From a virus: a stretch of DNA of 64,000 bases. Of the stretch, positions 28,635 to 39,139 are shown one piece after another. The first letter of the stretch is position 1; each line of letters opens with the position of its first letter. Below the pieces are notes generated by a model. The model worked only from the letters and a program-made list of their open reading frames with translations. It was not told the DNA's origin and ran no database searches. The stretch is from positions 1 to 64,000 of IMG/VR virus record IMGVR_UViG_3300017735_002163; one strand, written 5' to 3'. The position numbers and the translations under genes were made by a program.

Positions 28635-29102
28635 TTATTTACGTTTTTTAGAAATACGTTTCTTTGAGTTACGTTTTTTGTTGGTTTGAAATATTTGATC
28701 TTCGTTAACTACTTTGAATCTTATACCTTTACGTTGACACCATTCCTGTGCGGCTGTCCATTTAGCGGCATTCTGTGCTACTGCTAATTGTTGACCTCTG
28801 CCTTTGGCGTTTTCCATTGTAGTTTGATTAGAAGGTTTTATTTCTATGAGTTCTACATTAGTACTGCCGTTTCTATCGGTGTACTGTATCATAAAATCAG
28901 GTACATAATTTGCATACCTGTTTGTTAGTGGGTTCATGTAAGGAATTTTTACGTTTTCGCTGGCCCATTTGTGTATGTTAGGATGGCTATCACACATACG
29001 CATGAATGCTAACTCCCAACTGCTACGATAATAAGGTTTTTTGTTACCTACGTACTTAGTAGGGTTTTCTACAGTGTATTCACCTTGTGCGAATCTACTC
29101 AT
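28635..29102 (-). CDS. 4: Head completion nuclease (gp4-like, TnsA fold)
   Basis: YRSSWE, WASE, IPY, YVPDF, IEIKP, NAAKW. Confidence 0.9.
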   Translation of the reverse strand: MSRFAQGEYTVENPTKYVGNKKPYYRSSWELAFMRMCDSHPNIHKWASENVKIPYMNPLTNRYANYVPDFMIQYTDRNGSTNVELIEIKPSNQTTMENAKGRGQQLAVAQNAAKWTAAQEWCQRKGIRFKVVNEDQIFQTNKKRNSKKRISKKRK

Positions 29103-29530
29103 TTTTGTATTTGTGACTTAAATCTACTTTTGCTGTTAACAACAGGTGAAACTAATCCTATTTTGTTTCCTGCTGGTCGAAGTGTATTCATGACTTCATA
29201 TGTATCAACTGTGAGTTTTAGTGCTTCATCACCAGTAGAAAAATAATCATGAGGACTAACACCTTCTGCTTGTGAAACTTGTATTAGTATTGATGCCATA
29301 GTTTTTGCTTTTGCATCAGCAAAACCTATCTTTTGTAGTCGTGTTGTGATTGTATCAAGTTCTACAGGATTAATGTGTCTTGTATCAGCAAGATTTTCTA
29401 ATATATCAACACTTGCCTCAGGCAAAGGAAACTTAATAGTAGCATTTTCTAAATAAGCAACCAACGTGCCTTGGGTAACTTGATACTTTACTTCGTTACC
29501 AAATGTTGTGTATAAACTTGTGCTTGGCAC
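29099..29530 (-). CDS. Hypothetical protein in the tail gene block
   Basis: GTG start overlapping the upstream stop. Confidence 0.65.
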   Translation of the reverse strand: MPSTSLYTTFGNEVKYQVTQGTLVAYLENATIKFPLPEASVDILENLADTRHINPVELDTITTRLQKIGFADAKAKTMASILIQVSQAEGVSPHDYFSTGDEALKLTVDTYEVMNTLRPAGNKIGLVSPVVNSKSRFKSQIQK

Positions 29531-30792
29531 TATTCACCACCTCCGTCGCTGTCGTTGAATCTTGTACCACGTTCTTGAACTGTTGCGTTTATAACTCTAT
29601 TTTGTACTACTCTAAGTGTATTTTCTTTTACGTTACCGCCACTTATCAAAGAAGTTAATGCTGTATCAAGTATTTCTCCAAATATTCCGCCCGGAGAATC
29701 ATCTTCTGCTAAATCTGCCGCGGATGGCATAAGTGCGGCACTGCCGTATGTAGCCAACAAATTAGGATCATCTCTGTTTAATGCAGTACTAACTACTTCG
29801 GCTGGAGGTGCTTCAGCGGCCTCTTGGCCTGTGCCATCATCAGACTCTGTCTCTGAGCCTTCTTCTTCTACTACTGGCGTACCAGCGTTTGCTTGTACAA
29901 ATGCTGACCTCGGTCTACCTGATAATATAGGATCAAGATCTGTATTGCCTAACTGTGCAAATATTGTGTCTTTGGATTCTGCTTGTTTTTCAAACAACTC
30001 GCCTTTTAGTTGTATTCCTGTTTTGTCAAATCTTTCTAAATCTTGAGGTGACATGTCTTCATTGAATTTACTATATGTTGTAAATCGTTCGTAATCAAAT
30101 GCTAAATCAAATCCCATTGCTTCACTTGATGCATAATCAATTGAGCTTGGTTTAAAACTTGATAACTTAGGATTATGTAAACTGTATTGTACTAATTTTT
30201 GTCCGTGATATAAAACAATATCTATTCTTTCAAAAAAGTGAGGATCAATTTGTGCATTTATGCCTGCTCTATTACTGTCCCATAAACTACCAGCACCAAA
30301 ACCATCGTCATTTACTTCAAATCCTCCACGTCGATCCACACTGCCTTCTATATCTCTGCTTGTACCATCCTGTTTATTTCTCGGATCCATGAAATGATAT
30401 GCAAAGTATTTCATTAGTACAGTGAGCCATTCGTTGCCTATTGTATCAAACACAGTCATGCTAACAGGATTATAAGTTACACCTGTTTGTATAATTTTTT
30501 TCCTGTTGTATGAATTTTTTATTTCTGTTTGAAAGTCAACACTGGGTAGTTCTGCTGTTCTAACAAGACTACTAATGGTAGTACCAAACGCTTTATCTCC
30601 GCCTGGTCCTCCAGAGGGATCATCGATTAAGTTATTGAAAAGAGAACGGTTAAGAATAAAGTTTACATAGCCGTTGAATTGCTGACGAGGGGGGTTTACA
30701 TCAGGCCTAAATCTGTATGCATTTTTAAAGTCTCTTAAAAAATAAGACCCGCCACCGTTATCAAATCCTAATAAGTCTAATATGCCTGACAT
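29530..30792 (-). CDS. Tail-tube-fold protein (tube initiator, gp54/gp48-like)
   Basis: ELPSVDFQTEIKNSYNRK...YNPVSMTVFD...L.NP.L......IDY resembles gp19 fold. Confidence 0.7.
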   Translation of the reverse strand: MSGILDLLGFDNGGGSYFLRDFKNAYRFRPDVNPPRQQFNGYVNFILNRSLFNNLIDDPSGGPGGDKAFGTTISSLVRTAELPSVDFQTEIKNSYNRKKIIQTGVTYNPVSMTVFDTIGNEWLTVLMKYFAYHFMDPRNKQDGTSRDIEGSVDRRGGFEVNDDGFGAGSLWDSNRAGINAQIDPHFFERIDIVLYHGQKLVQYSLHNPKLSSFKPSSIDYASSEAMGFDLAFDYERFTTYSKFNEDMSPQDLERFDKTGIQLKGELFEKQAESKDTIFAQLGNTDLDPILSGRPRSAFVQANAGTPVVEEEGSETESDDGTGQEAAEAPPAEVVSTALNRDDPNLLATYGSAALMPSAADLAEDDSPGGIFGEILDTALTSLISGGNVKENTLRVVQNRVINATVQERGTRFNDSDGGGE

Positions 30793-30806
30793 GTATTGTA
30801 AACCTT

Positions 30807-30839
30807 AAAAAAATATTGAGGGCATTGACCCTCAATATT
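30807..30839 (-). terminator. Intrinsic terminator after the tail tube gene
   Basis: aatattgaggg-cattga-ccctcaatatt stem with T-run on the minus strand. Confidence 0.8.
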
Positions 30840-30853
30840 ATTTATGCGTTATA

Positions 30854-31495
30854 TTATGCGCCGGTACCAGTTGTGATTTCTGGAGTAGACTGAGGCATTG
30901 GGTTGCCGCCTTCTGTTCTACCGTTGATTGAGTTGTCACCATTATAATGTGTTGCATTATCGTAACGAATCTGCATAGTAATAGTAACTGGGTCTGTAGC
31001 CGCATAGTCACTTTCACTGTAATCAACGTTTGTTAAGAAACAGCCTTCCAAGAACCAAACTTCAGTTGCGCCGACATTCACACCATCAAGTATTTCGATA
31101 TGCATATCGAACTTATAGTCTCCGCCTGCGGCTGGAGTTGTTTGTTGGTAGTGATTTAATTGTCGTTGTATCTGAGCACCTACTATGTTTGTTGTTTGGT
31201 TAGTGATATCATCACGTACCATCAACGTAACCTGTTCCCAACTGTGCTTACCTTGAATGTAAGAACGTGAGTTGTAACTATCAAGTATCACTTCTTCATA
31301 AGTAATCTTTGGACGTCCAACGCTCATTACATTTTGGGTCAATACAGTGGATTGTGGTTTACCTGCAAATCCGCCTAACATAGTTACACGGAATCGATAT
31401 TTTAATTTAGGCATTAAAATACCGGAACCAGATGCACTGTTTCCTATAGGCACACCAAATTTGCTTTTGGTTTCAATTGTTTGTATATTTGCCAT
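30854..31495 (-). CDS. 19: Tail tube protein (gp19-like)
   Basis: PKLKYRFRV, GKHSWE, RDD, WFLEGC, IRYDNA; follows the sheath gene. Confidence 0.9.
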   Translation of the reverse strand: MANIQTIETKSKFGVPIGNSASGSGILMPKLKYRFRVTMLGGFAGKPQSTVLTQNVMSVGRPKITYEEVILDSYNSRSYIQGKHSWEQVTLMVRDDITNQTTNIVGAQIQRQLNHYQQTTPAAGGDYKFDMHIEILDGVNVGATEVWFLEGCFLTNVDYSESDYAATDPVTITMQIRYDNATHYNGDNSINGRTEGGNPMPQSTPEITTGTGA

Positions 31496-31550
31496 TGTTG
31501 TTCTCCTACGAACGTTTTAAAATAATAATACTAATTGTATCTTATGCTTT

Positions 31551-31558
31551 TATTTATC
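31551..31558 (-). promoter_or_regulatory. Late promoter for tail tube
   Basis: GATAAATA, variant of T4 TATAAATA. Confidence 0.65.
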
Positions 31559-31601
31559 TGTTTTTGTGAATTTTAATTAACAACTATTATAATACAGCCA
31601 T

Positions 31602-31629
31602 AAAAAAGGGCGATAAAAACCGCCCTTTA
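31602..31629 (-). terminator. Intrinsic terminator after the sheath gene
   Basis: aaaaaa-gggcg-loop-cgccc-ttt. Confidence 0.82.
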
Positions 31630-31650
31630 AAGTTATAACTGACTGTTATA

Positions 31651-34464
31651 TTAACCAGTTTGACCCAATGTGTTTTGTACACGAATCGGAATGTAGATAA
31701 ATTCAACTGATTTGACAGGCTGTATAGCAATGTCAACGTGCAATTCGTTTCTATCTATTCTTGCTGGTGTATTGTTTGATGTATCACAAACTGTTAAGAA
31801 GTCAAATAGACCTCGTTGTGTTACAAGGTTTCCAAGGAAACGATCAACTAATACTTTAGCATTCTGACGTGTTACTTCATCATTTGGTTCAAATAAGAAT
31901 GGCTTAACGATATCGTCAAGTCTTTCTCTAATGTACACAACTAAACGTGCAACATTAACTCTGTCCAACGCACTTGCTGTTGGGTTAAGAGTCTTTTGAC
32001 CAAATACTGCAAGGCCTCTTCCTGGGAAGTTGCCAATTGGGTTAATTTTGTTACTGTAAAGACTGTCTCTTTGACCTTCACTTAAACTAACTGCTGTCCA
32101 CTTACCTGTTGTTGCATCAATGTAACCAACGCCGGAAGCATTTGAAACAAGACCTCTTTGGAAGCCTGCTGGTGCAAACCAAGGGAATGATACCTGGTCG
32201 TTATATGCAATAGTTCTTAAAGCAATATGTGAACCTGGTACTGCAACACTTGAACCGTCTAAGTTAGAAGCAAGACCATGTGGATAGTAAACACCCATGT
32301 AAGGTGAACTTGATAAAAGTCCCTCTTCGCCGTTTTCAAGAGCAACATTACTGTTGTTTGCCCACGCCGCTGTGCTGGATGAATCTGCCGCTAATCTAAA
32401 TGGTGCGTCTGCAACAATAAATGCTGTTTCTTTACGATCTACATTTAAAGCAATCATTTCGTCTGCTAATTCAGGATAACCTGGAGAAGCAATTAGATTG
32501 AAACGATTTGTTTCATTTCTGATTTCTGTGTTAGTGCTGATAGCCGATTGTAAACCTTGTACAACTGCTCTTCTCTGTGCTTTACGCAACATATATGGAG
32601 AACCGTCTGCTTTTTGTCCACTGTAGTCTACCCATCTGTCACCAATAAGTGTTCCGCCTACTGTGTAAGCCACGTTCCACTGCTTAACGTTACCGCCACT
32701 TGCTCTCTTATTCCATGCTAAAATATTAGTTGGATATAAGTCGGCGTTTAGTGCGTCTCCGTCAATTGATGATGATGCTGATGCTCTAAAGTCACCAAAC
32801 ACAATACCTGCGTCACTTACTTGATCAGTGTTGTCAATTGCTACCCATAAAGCAGATGCTCTTTTGTACATCTTAGGATAGTTTTCTAAGTCACTGCTGT
32901 CAACCCAAATGTCGCCGTCTACTAATGCACTTGCGCCATCTGATTGTACTGTTGGCTCACTTGCCGCAACGTTAACATCATATGCCCAAGTAGCCCATGT
33001 GCCACCGTTGTTATATAAAATGTCAATGCTGTCATCTGATACAACACTGTCATACCATAATGTACCGTCAGTTAGTGTACCTGTGATTGCTGTTGCACTT
33101 GCTTCAAAACTTAAGGCTTCCCAGTTACTGTAAGGAGTATCTGCAACAAGATTTAAATCTGTTGGATCAAATCCACCTACATCACCTGCTTTAAGTTCAA
33201 GATCGTAACCTGCACTACTTGTGATAGTGATTTTACCTGCAACGTTAGCCACTGCAACTTTATCAGAGAATGTATCTGCCGCTACTGCTGTGCTTAATGC
33301 TGAGTTAAATCCTGCAACCATTTCGTCAACACTTAGGAATCCGTCTGTGTCTACGTCAAAGTTATGGAATGTTACTGCAATTTCACCTGAAGCACCATTA
33401 ACGTCATCTCTGTCGTTAACAATTAACTTGACTGCTGTAGTACCGTTAGTATGAGCTGTAGCCGATGTTGCTGTATCACTTAATGCCGCTGTTGATTGAG
33501 CAGTAAGAGTTTGTGCGCCGTTGTGTCTTTTAATTGACACTGTAGCATCTGCACTTGAATAATCTACCCAAATGTCACCAGTTGATAATACTGGATAAGC
33601 CGCAAATGCTTGGTAAGAATGTTCTTTACCTTCGACTGTTTCTAACACCCACTGTCCTGTTGAACTGTTGTAAACTTTAACTACAACGTCTGTTCCACTG
33701 TTTGGCTTGTTAGTTTGTAAATATAAATCACCACTTGCTAATGCACCACCACCTGATTTAGTAGTAGGTACTGATGTATGAGGAGCAACTTGGAAATCTT
33801 TTGATCCACTTGCTGTGTCCCATGCTGTGGAACCAATGTGGTACCATGTGCCTGATAATTTATTATATAGTTTGATATCTGCAAGTGAGGCGCCTGCCGC
33901 ATCTTGATAGACAACACAGTAATCGCCGTCAACACCAAATGCCGCTTTAGGCTCTGAGCCTGCTGTTACATCTGCTGGTGCAGGTTGCTTAACTGTTTGC
34001 TTGACCCATGCACTACCGTTGAACTGCTTTAGTCCCCAAACTGTTGATGCTGTGTCTAACCAATACGCTCCATTGTTAGGACGTGATGTAGGTGCTGAAG
34101 ATCTTGCTTCTAATTCACCTAAGTCTACGTCTGCTCTTAAAACGTATGCTCTGTTGGCTAAGCCTAAGAAACTATAAGCGGCCATTAAACCATATTCGTT
34201 TAGTTCATGTCCGTGTAATTGAGTTCCACTGCTTGCCTTGAATGTTGGATTACCATAGTTAGTTAATAGTTCTCTCTGCGAAGTGATAAGTTTTACGTTA
34301 CCTGCTTCTGCCGATGCCGTGAATGCCGCTGTACTACCTGCTGGAGCACTTTTATCTTGTGCTGTAGCGATAATAATAAGTGGAACTGTACCTGTTCCAG
34401 CCGCCGCATAAAAGGATTCGTCAGTGACACTAATGCTAACACCTGGTGATGTTAATTCTGCCAT
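31651..34464 (-). CDS. 18: Tail sheath protein (gp18-like)
   Basis: SPGVS N-terminus, PWFAPAG..RG, INPI, FGQKTL, DRVNVARL, FEPND. Confidence 0.97.
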   Translation of the reverse strand: MAELTSPGVSISVTDESFYAAAGTGTVPLIIIATAQDKSAPAGSTAAFTASAEAGNVKLITSQRELLTNYGNPTFKASSGTQLHGHELNEYGLMAAYSFLGLANRAYVLRADVDLGELEARSSAPTSRPNNGAYWLDTASTVWGLKQFNGSAWVKQTVKQPAPADVTAGSEPKAAFGVDGDYCVVYQDAAGASLADIKLYNKLSGTWYHIGSTAWDTASGSKDFQVAPHTSVPTTKSGGGALASGDLYLQTNKPNSGTDVVVKVYNSSTGQWVLETVEGKEHSYQAFAAYPVLSTGDIWVDYSSADATVSIKRHNGAQTLTAQSTAALSDTATSATAHTNGTTAVKLIVNDRDDVNGASGEIAVTFHNFDVDTDGFLSVDEMVAGFNSALSTAVAADTFSDKVAVANVAGKITITSSAGYDLELKAGDVGGFDPTDLNLVADTPYSNWEALSFEASATAITGTLTDGTLWYDSVVSDDSIDILYNNGGTWATWAYDVNVAASEPTVQSDGASALVDGDIWVDSSDLENYPKMYKRASALWVAIDNTDQVSDAGIVFGDFRASASSSIDGDALNADLYPTNILAWNKRASGGNVKQWNVAYTVGGTLIGDRWVDYSGQKADGSPYMLRKAQRRAVVQGLQSAISTNTEIRNETNRFNLIASPGYPELADEMIALNVDRKETAFIVADAPFRLAADSSSTAAWANNSNVALENGEEGLLSSSPYMGVYYPHGLASNLDGSSVAVPGSHIALRTIAYNDQVSFPWFAPAGFQRGLVSNASGVGYIDATTGKWTAVSLSEGQRDSLYSNKINPIGNFPGRGLAVFGQKTLNPTASALDRVNVARLVVYIRERLDDIVKPFLFEPNDEVTRQNAKVLVDRFLGNLVTQRGLFDFLTVCDTSNNTPARIDRNELHVDIAIQPVKSVEFIYIPIRVQNTLGQTG

Positions 34465-34520
34465 TTTATTTCTCCCATTTTAAATTTAAAATATATGGAC
34501 AAGTATCTCTACTTGGCTAC

Positions 34521-34600
34521 ATGTATTTATGACATTTAGAAGATTTTATGGCGTTTTGAAAGGTATTGACTGATATTAGACGGTATTAGGTAGTATTATT
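34521..34600. repeat. Eight 10-bp-phased A/T tetramers over and upstream of the sheath late promoter
   Basis: atgTATTtat gacATTTaga agaTTTTatg gcgTTTTgaa aggTATTgac tgaTATTaga cggTATTagg tagTATTatt. Confidence 0.6.
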
Positions 34601-34626
34601 TTTAGCAATATAACTAAATACAACGA

Positions 34627-35286
34627 TTAAATAACTTTAAGTTCTCTGAACTCTCCAGTGTCCCAATTCCTTATATTATCCACTTGATGCTGTAAGTCTT
34701 GTAATGTACCATTGTTGTTTATGACATAATCACAAGGATAACCAGCCCAATTCCATTCACTTTCGTGAACATCTTTATAAGTAGTTTCCATTATACGTCT
34801 GCTAACAACGTTAGTTGCTGACGTAGATGCTGTTTCAAACCAGTCTGGTAATTCACCTCGTTGCACCCAAATAATTTTTCCACCCATATTTTTAATAAGA
34901 TCTAACTCATTTGTAAAACGTGCATCACTTATCACAACACAAGGTGCATCAGCACGTTGTTTCATTATGCGATATTCGAGACTGCTTAACCATATGTCTT
35001 CATTGAAATGATTACGCATTACTTCTGTGCCCATTAACTGTAATGCAAGACGTGGAGTAAAATTAGATATACCTAATTTTTTTGTCCAATACATATCTGG
35101 CGTTTCTCTGAAGTCTCTGCTTTCAATAGTATCGCCTGTGAGTAACGATCTTTCCCAACCAAATATTGCTGAACATACATCTTTAAGTGGGGCGGCAAAA
35201 CTGTCTTGCTGACAGCCTTTTTCTACAAACATTTTTGCTACGGTGTCTTTTCCTGATCCTATAAATCCGACTAAGCCTATTAGCAT
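34627..35286 (-). CDS. 1: Deoxynucleoside monophosphate kinase (gp1-like)
   Basis: GFIGSGKDT, SFAAPLK, PRLALQLMGTE, ISDARF, HESE. Confidence 0.93.
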   Translation of the reverse strand: MLIGLVGFIGSGKDTVAKMFVEKGCQQDSFAAPLKDVCSAIFGWERSLLTGDTIESRDFRETPDMYWTKKLGISNFTPRLALQLMGTEVMRNHFNEDIWLSSLEYRIMKQRADAPCVVISDARFTNELDLIKNMGGKIIWVQRGELPDWFETASTSATNVVSRRIMETTYKDVHESEWNWAGYPCDYVINNNGTLQDLQHQVDNIRNWDTGEFRELKVI

Positions 35287-35291
35287 AAATT

Positions 35292-36053
35292 TTATCCTAT
35301 AATAAATCCAAGCGGTAAATTACCTTCTTCCATATTGTGTACTGATTGAATCAGCGACTCTATTTCAGCCTGTGCTTCACCTTTGAGTGTTTCACCGTTA
35401 AGTTGTATTGCGCCGCCGGCTCCTGGTAGTCCTGAAGCATACTTGCTTCTTGCTTCACCTAACATCTGTTTAGCAGATGCTAATGTCCAGTCTGCTAACC
35501 ACTTGCCTGCATACACATCATTTAACAGCATGTGTTCTGGTATGAAATTATACACACCAACTGCTACTTCCTCATCGACTGCTACGTTGCGTAGAATCTT
35601 TAACACCTTAGTGTTCCTGTTCCAGAGGAAATTATATTCGCTACCAAAGATACGACCAATTGTTTCTTTGTATTGTGAGAATGCATCAAAAGTTGCTAAG
35701 CCTCCAATCTGGCCTGCGTTTAGTAGATACATGTTATTGAATGCTACATCAAATGGATCAAAATTACTACCGGATCCACTGTTAGTTCCAACACCTCGTC
35801 GATATAATCTGCGTACTTCCATTACCTCATTAGGTAAGGTATACTCAGTTGTGTTAGGTTGCGTTTGAATAAAGATAACACTCTCTTCTACAGCACCTGA
35901 ACTTAACTGTCTATATTTTTTTAATGCTTGATCAATCGCAACATCGTAATGTTCACGATCTAATTCCACATCAACAACGCCATCAGCAAGACGTAATTGC
36001 GTCTCTTTGATAAGCTCTTCTCTGTTGTTATATCCTATTTGGTCTTTTGGCAT
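35292..36053 (-). CDS. Neck protein (gp13-like)
   Basis: VDVEL, AKQMLGEARSKY, LPGAGG..LNG..L; start refined to the leaderless ATG. Confidence 0.8.
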   Translation of the reverse strand: MPKDQIGYNNREELIKETQLRLADGVVDVELDREHYDVAIDQALKKYRQLSSGAVEESVIFIQTQPNTTEYTLPNEVMEVRRLYRRGVGTNSGSGSNFDPFDVAFNNMYLLNAGQIGGLATFDAFSQYKETIGRIFGSEYNFLWNRNTKVLKILRNVAVDEEVAVGVYNFIPEHMLLNDVYAGKWLADWTLASAKQMLGEARSKYASGLPGAGGAIQLNGETLKGEAQAEIESLIQSVHNMEEGNLPLGFIIG

Positions 36054-36076
36054 AACACTATTTATCACTTATTTGA

Positions 36077-37210
36077 CTAAAAGGTCTTAAGAATGATTGT
36101 GTTTTCGTTAAATCTGCCATTTAATACAGTATCTGTGGTTTTGATGTCGTCGAATGCTTTTTGATACTTTGTTTTAGCATTACCCTTAAACAACTTTAGT
36201 TGCTCTGCTGGTTTACGTAATGTTTTTTGTCTACTTTTAAGAGCATCAAATTCTTGTAAGGTAGTGCCTTTAACACTGATGCCTGTTTTTAATGCTTCAA
36301 CATAGTAAATACCAATCTTTCTTGTTTTAGTATTATAGACCCAAACTTCAGTAGAATCAATTATTTCTGTTGGATTAACACTTGCAATACCTAAGTCACT
36401 GTCGTTAATTTGGTACTTTAATTTGCTGACTATCTTGTCTCTGCTTACTGCTTTTGGCTTACGAGGCTTACGACTTGCTTTACCTGTAGCAATAAATGTA
36501 TCACATGCAGTGTTTATTTTTTCATAGAACTCTAAAAATGCTTTACGTAATTTAGGTGAAAAATTGCTGTATGCTTCTTTGATTTCTTCGTCTTTCCATT
36601 CAGCAACTATCATTGCTTCTGCATATTCATTCTCATACATGTCTTTGATAATCTTTGCATGGTTGGGTTTGATTACACCACCTGCGTATGCTCTCATATC
36701 ATTGTATGGATCAAATTCTTTTAATGTTTTATTACCGTCAATTAAGTCATCTAATAAACCGTCCCATTCCCCACATAAATTTGCAACTTGCTCACGCATA
36801 CGTTCTTGTATGCTGATAACTACTTTTGGTTTCTCTTTTTCCTTTTCTTCTTTTTCTTCGAGAATTGTTAGACCACGTTCATACCATTCAACTTTACGTT
36901 TTTCAATATATGCTCTCATAACCTCTGGCATGAATCCTAACTTAGATTCTAAGTAGACTGCCGTTGCTGATGTGCTCCATGCCCAATCAGGATTTCGCAG
37001 GATAACATCAACCTCTGCCTTTTCCCAACCTGACGATTCTTTCATCCACTTGCGGAAGATTGTATTTTTTAATTTGTCAGAAATTTCAGTACGAGCAAAG
37101 TAGTCGCAATCACGGAATACCTTCTCATGCTTTTCTGGTGGGGTGTCTTTAAAATTTTTCCAGACAGGTTCTGGTGTCAAATAAATATTCTTTGCTTTTC
37201 TTTTTGCCAT
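36077..37210 (-). CDS. Early hypothetical protein
   Basis: 377 aa, basic; sigma70-like promoter TTGACA-16-TATACT at 37242-37269. Confidence 0.75.
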   Translation of the reverse strand: MAKRKAKNIYLTPEPVWKNFKDTPPEKHEKVFRDCDYFARTEISDKLKNTIFRKWMKESSGWEKAEVDVILRNPDWAWSTSATAVYLESKLGFMPEVMRAYIEKRKVEWYERGLTILEEKEEKEKEKPKVVISIQERMREQVANLCGEWDGLLDDLIDGNKTLKEFDPYNDMRAYAGGVIKPNHAKIIKDMYENEYAEAMIVAEWKDEEIKEAYSNFSPKLRKAFLEFYEKINTACDTFIATGKASRKPRKPKAVSRDKIVSKLKYQINDSDLGIASVNPTEIIDSTEVWVYNTKTRKIGIYYVEALKTGISVKGTTLQEFDALKSRQKTLRKPAEQLKLFKGNAKTKYQKAFDDIKTTDTVLNGRFNENTIILKTF

Positions 37211-37255
37211 ATCCTTTACTACTCTTACAATAAACTGCGTTAGTATAACACATCA

Positions 37256-39139
37256 TTATGCTTTGTCAATGATGTTACTTAAATAACCTCTTCTGCGTCT
37301 AAACAAAAGATTGTCCACATGTTCTTTCATGTTTTCCGGGAACATATTTGTTCTGTCACTTACTATATAAGTCGACGGGGTCATGTCAAGTTCAATTTTT
37401 TGGTCTTGTACGTAATCCCAGAGGTTAGTAAAGGTATTTATAGATTCTGAGTTAAAACGTGTGTTTTTGAATTGTTTTATACGTTTTATAGTTATATTTC
37501 TATAATCTGCAAGGATTTGCTCGGGGGTGTCAGGATATTGTTGTTGTGTGTAATCGCTAACACATTGTATAGCATATTCTAATAAGTCTTCGTTTTGCAA
37601 TGTAGACATCAAACTGATAATAATTTGCCAACTGTCAAATTTGTAGTCTTTGCTTTTGAGTGAAAAGTATCCGGTTCTGTGCCATTTGTGTATGCCGTCT
37701 CTGATTCTATCTTCCAGTTGGATAAACACAGGGTTGCGTTTGAACTCTAAAAACAATCCTTCATAAAATTCTTTGTAAGTGGTATTACCCTGTTTAACCA
37801 ATGCTCTCGATATTATATCGGATATACCTTGTGTGTGCAAACCTGTTATGTACCATGCTGTGATAAATGCTTCTATGATATCTGATTCAGACATAGTGCT
37901 GGTACTTTTTATAATAGGCACGTCTTCGTCAGGCACCTTTGAGTTGAAGTCATTGGTTTCGTAAAACATGTCATGTGCAATAAATGTTTCCAATTGATAC
38001 TTTTCAATATCCTGTTGCATTGGTGCATTTTCTAACATGTTTAACAGGAACACGTCGAGCCCACTGTGTAGTCCTGCATCAAGCACATCATAATAAACAT
38101 TCTTAATGGTGTCAAGTGTTTCGGTTGGTAATCCAACAATTATTTCTGTGAGAATAGAGATTTGATTTTTTATTCCTAAGTCTGTGATGTCTCGTATATC
38201 ATTAATACCCATGTTGGTACGTTTAATTGCTTCTAATACGTTTGGGGTAGTTGTTTGTAAACTTAAAGTAAATCCACTTCCTACTCCTGCTTCTTGAAAC
38301 TTTCTAATGATGCCAAACACATCTGCATTACTGTTTTTAGCATAACTCACACTGAGACCTGTTGGAACTGAATACAGTTTTTTAGACTCTACTATTTTAT
38401 CTGCTATGAGATTATCTCTTTCTCTGAACACACCGTAGTTTGCATTTGTGAGATTAATGAAAGGTAGACCGTTTTTGGCAAACCATTCTATTTCAGCAAA
38501 CACTCGATCTAATTTAAATTTAATAATTTTACTGTTAGTTGCACTACCCCAATCACAAAATGTACATCTATAAGGACAACCTCTGTCTGTCTCTAAAGTA
38601 GGCACCCATTCTATATCTGGGTAATCTGTGAGGAAGTGATCGAACACACCATCCAGATAAGGACTGGGTGTTTCTAATTTTTTAAGACGTTCAACAGTGT
38701 GTGTTCGTGGTAGTTCTTTACCGTCTAAAATCATTAATAGCAATTCTTGTACACATACTTCACCCTCACCAATACAAATGGTGTCTATGTAAGGGTGTTC
38801 TATAAAGTAACTTGGACTTGTATGTGCAACTTCGGGGCCACCAATTAAACTTATAACAGCAGGATTAATTTCTTTGACACGTTTTGCTAATTCATAAGTG
38901 TAGTTTTTATTCCACACATATAAACTGTACAACACTACATCACACTTGGCTAACTGCTGTGCTGTTTCTTCAACTGGGTCTCGTCTAAATGCCCAAACGT
39001 CTGCTGAAAAATGTTCTCTTATTTCTTCATTTTGTCTTGCATAGGCCCATAGCACACCAGAAGTGTAGGGCAAGTAGAAAGAATTTAGTATCTTGGGACC
39101 AGTTTGAAAATTTATTTGTGCTAACCCAAGAGAGAACAC
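37256..39139 (-). CDS. Cobalamin-binding radical SAM enzyme
   Basis: N-terminal B12 domain (SLYVWN, IGGPEV, IGEGE) and ETDRGCPYRCTFCDW CxxxCxxC. Confidence 0.92.
   Translation of the reverse strand: MFSLGLAQINFQTGPKILNSFYLPYTSGVLWAYARQNEEIREHFSADVWAFRRDPVEETAQQLAKCDVVLYSLYVWNKNYTYELAKRVKEINPAVISLIGGPEVAHTSPSYFIEHPYIDTICIGEGEVCVQELLLMILDGKELPRTHTVERLKKLETPSPYLDGVFDHFLTDYPDIEWVPTLETDRGCPYRCTFCDWGSATNSKIIKFKLDRVFAEIEWFAKNGLPFINLTNANYGVFRERDNLIADKIVESKKLYSVPTGLSVSYAKNSNADVFGIIRKFQEAGVGSGFTLSLQTTTPNVLEAIKRTNMGINDIRDITDLGIKNQISILTEIIVGLPTETLDTIKNVYYDVLDAGLHSGLDVFLLNMLENAPMQQDIEKYQLETFIAHDMFYETNDFNSKVPDEDVPIIKSTSTMSESDIIEAFITAWYITGLHTQGISDIISRALVKQGNTTYKEFYEGLFLEFKRNPVFIQLEDRIRDGIHKWHRTGYFSLKSKDYKFDSWQIIISLMSTLQNEDLLEYAIQCVSDYTQQQYPDTPEQILADYRNITIKRIKQFKNTRFNSESINTFTNLWDYVQDQKIELDMTPSTYIVSDRTNMFPENMKEHVDNLLFRRRRGYLSNIIDKA

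Noticed and set aside
28635-29102. TnsA transposase / Tn7-like element
   Set aside because: Matches the T4 gp4 head-completion nuclease and lies in a structural gene block; no other tns genes or element ends
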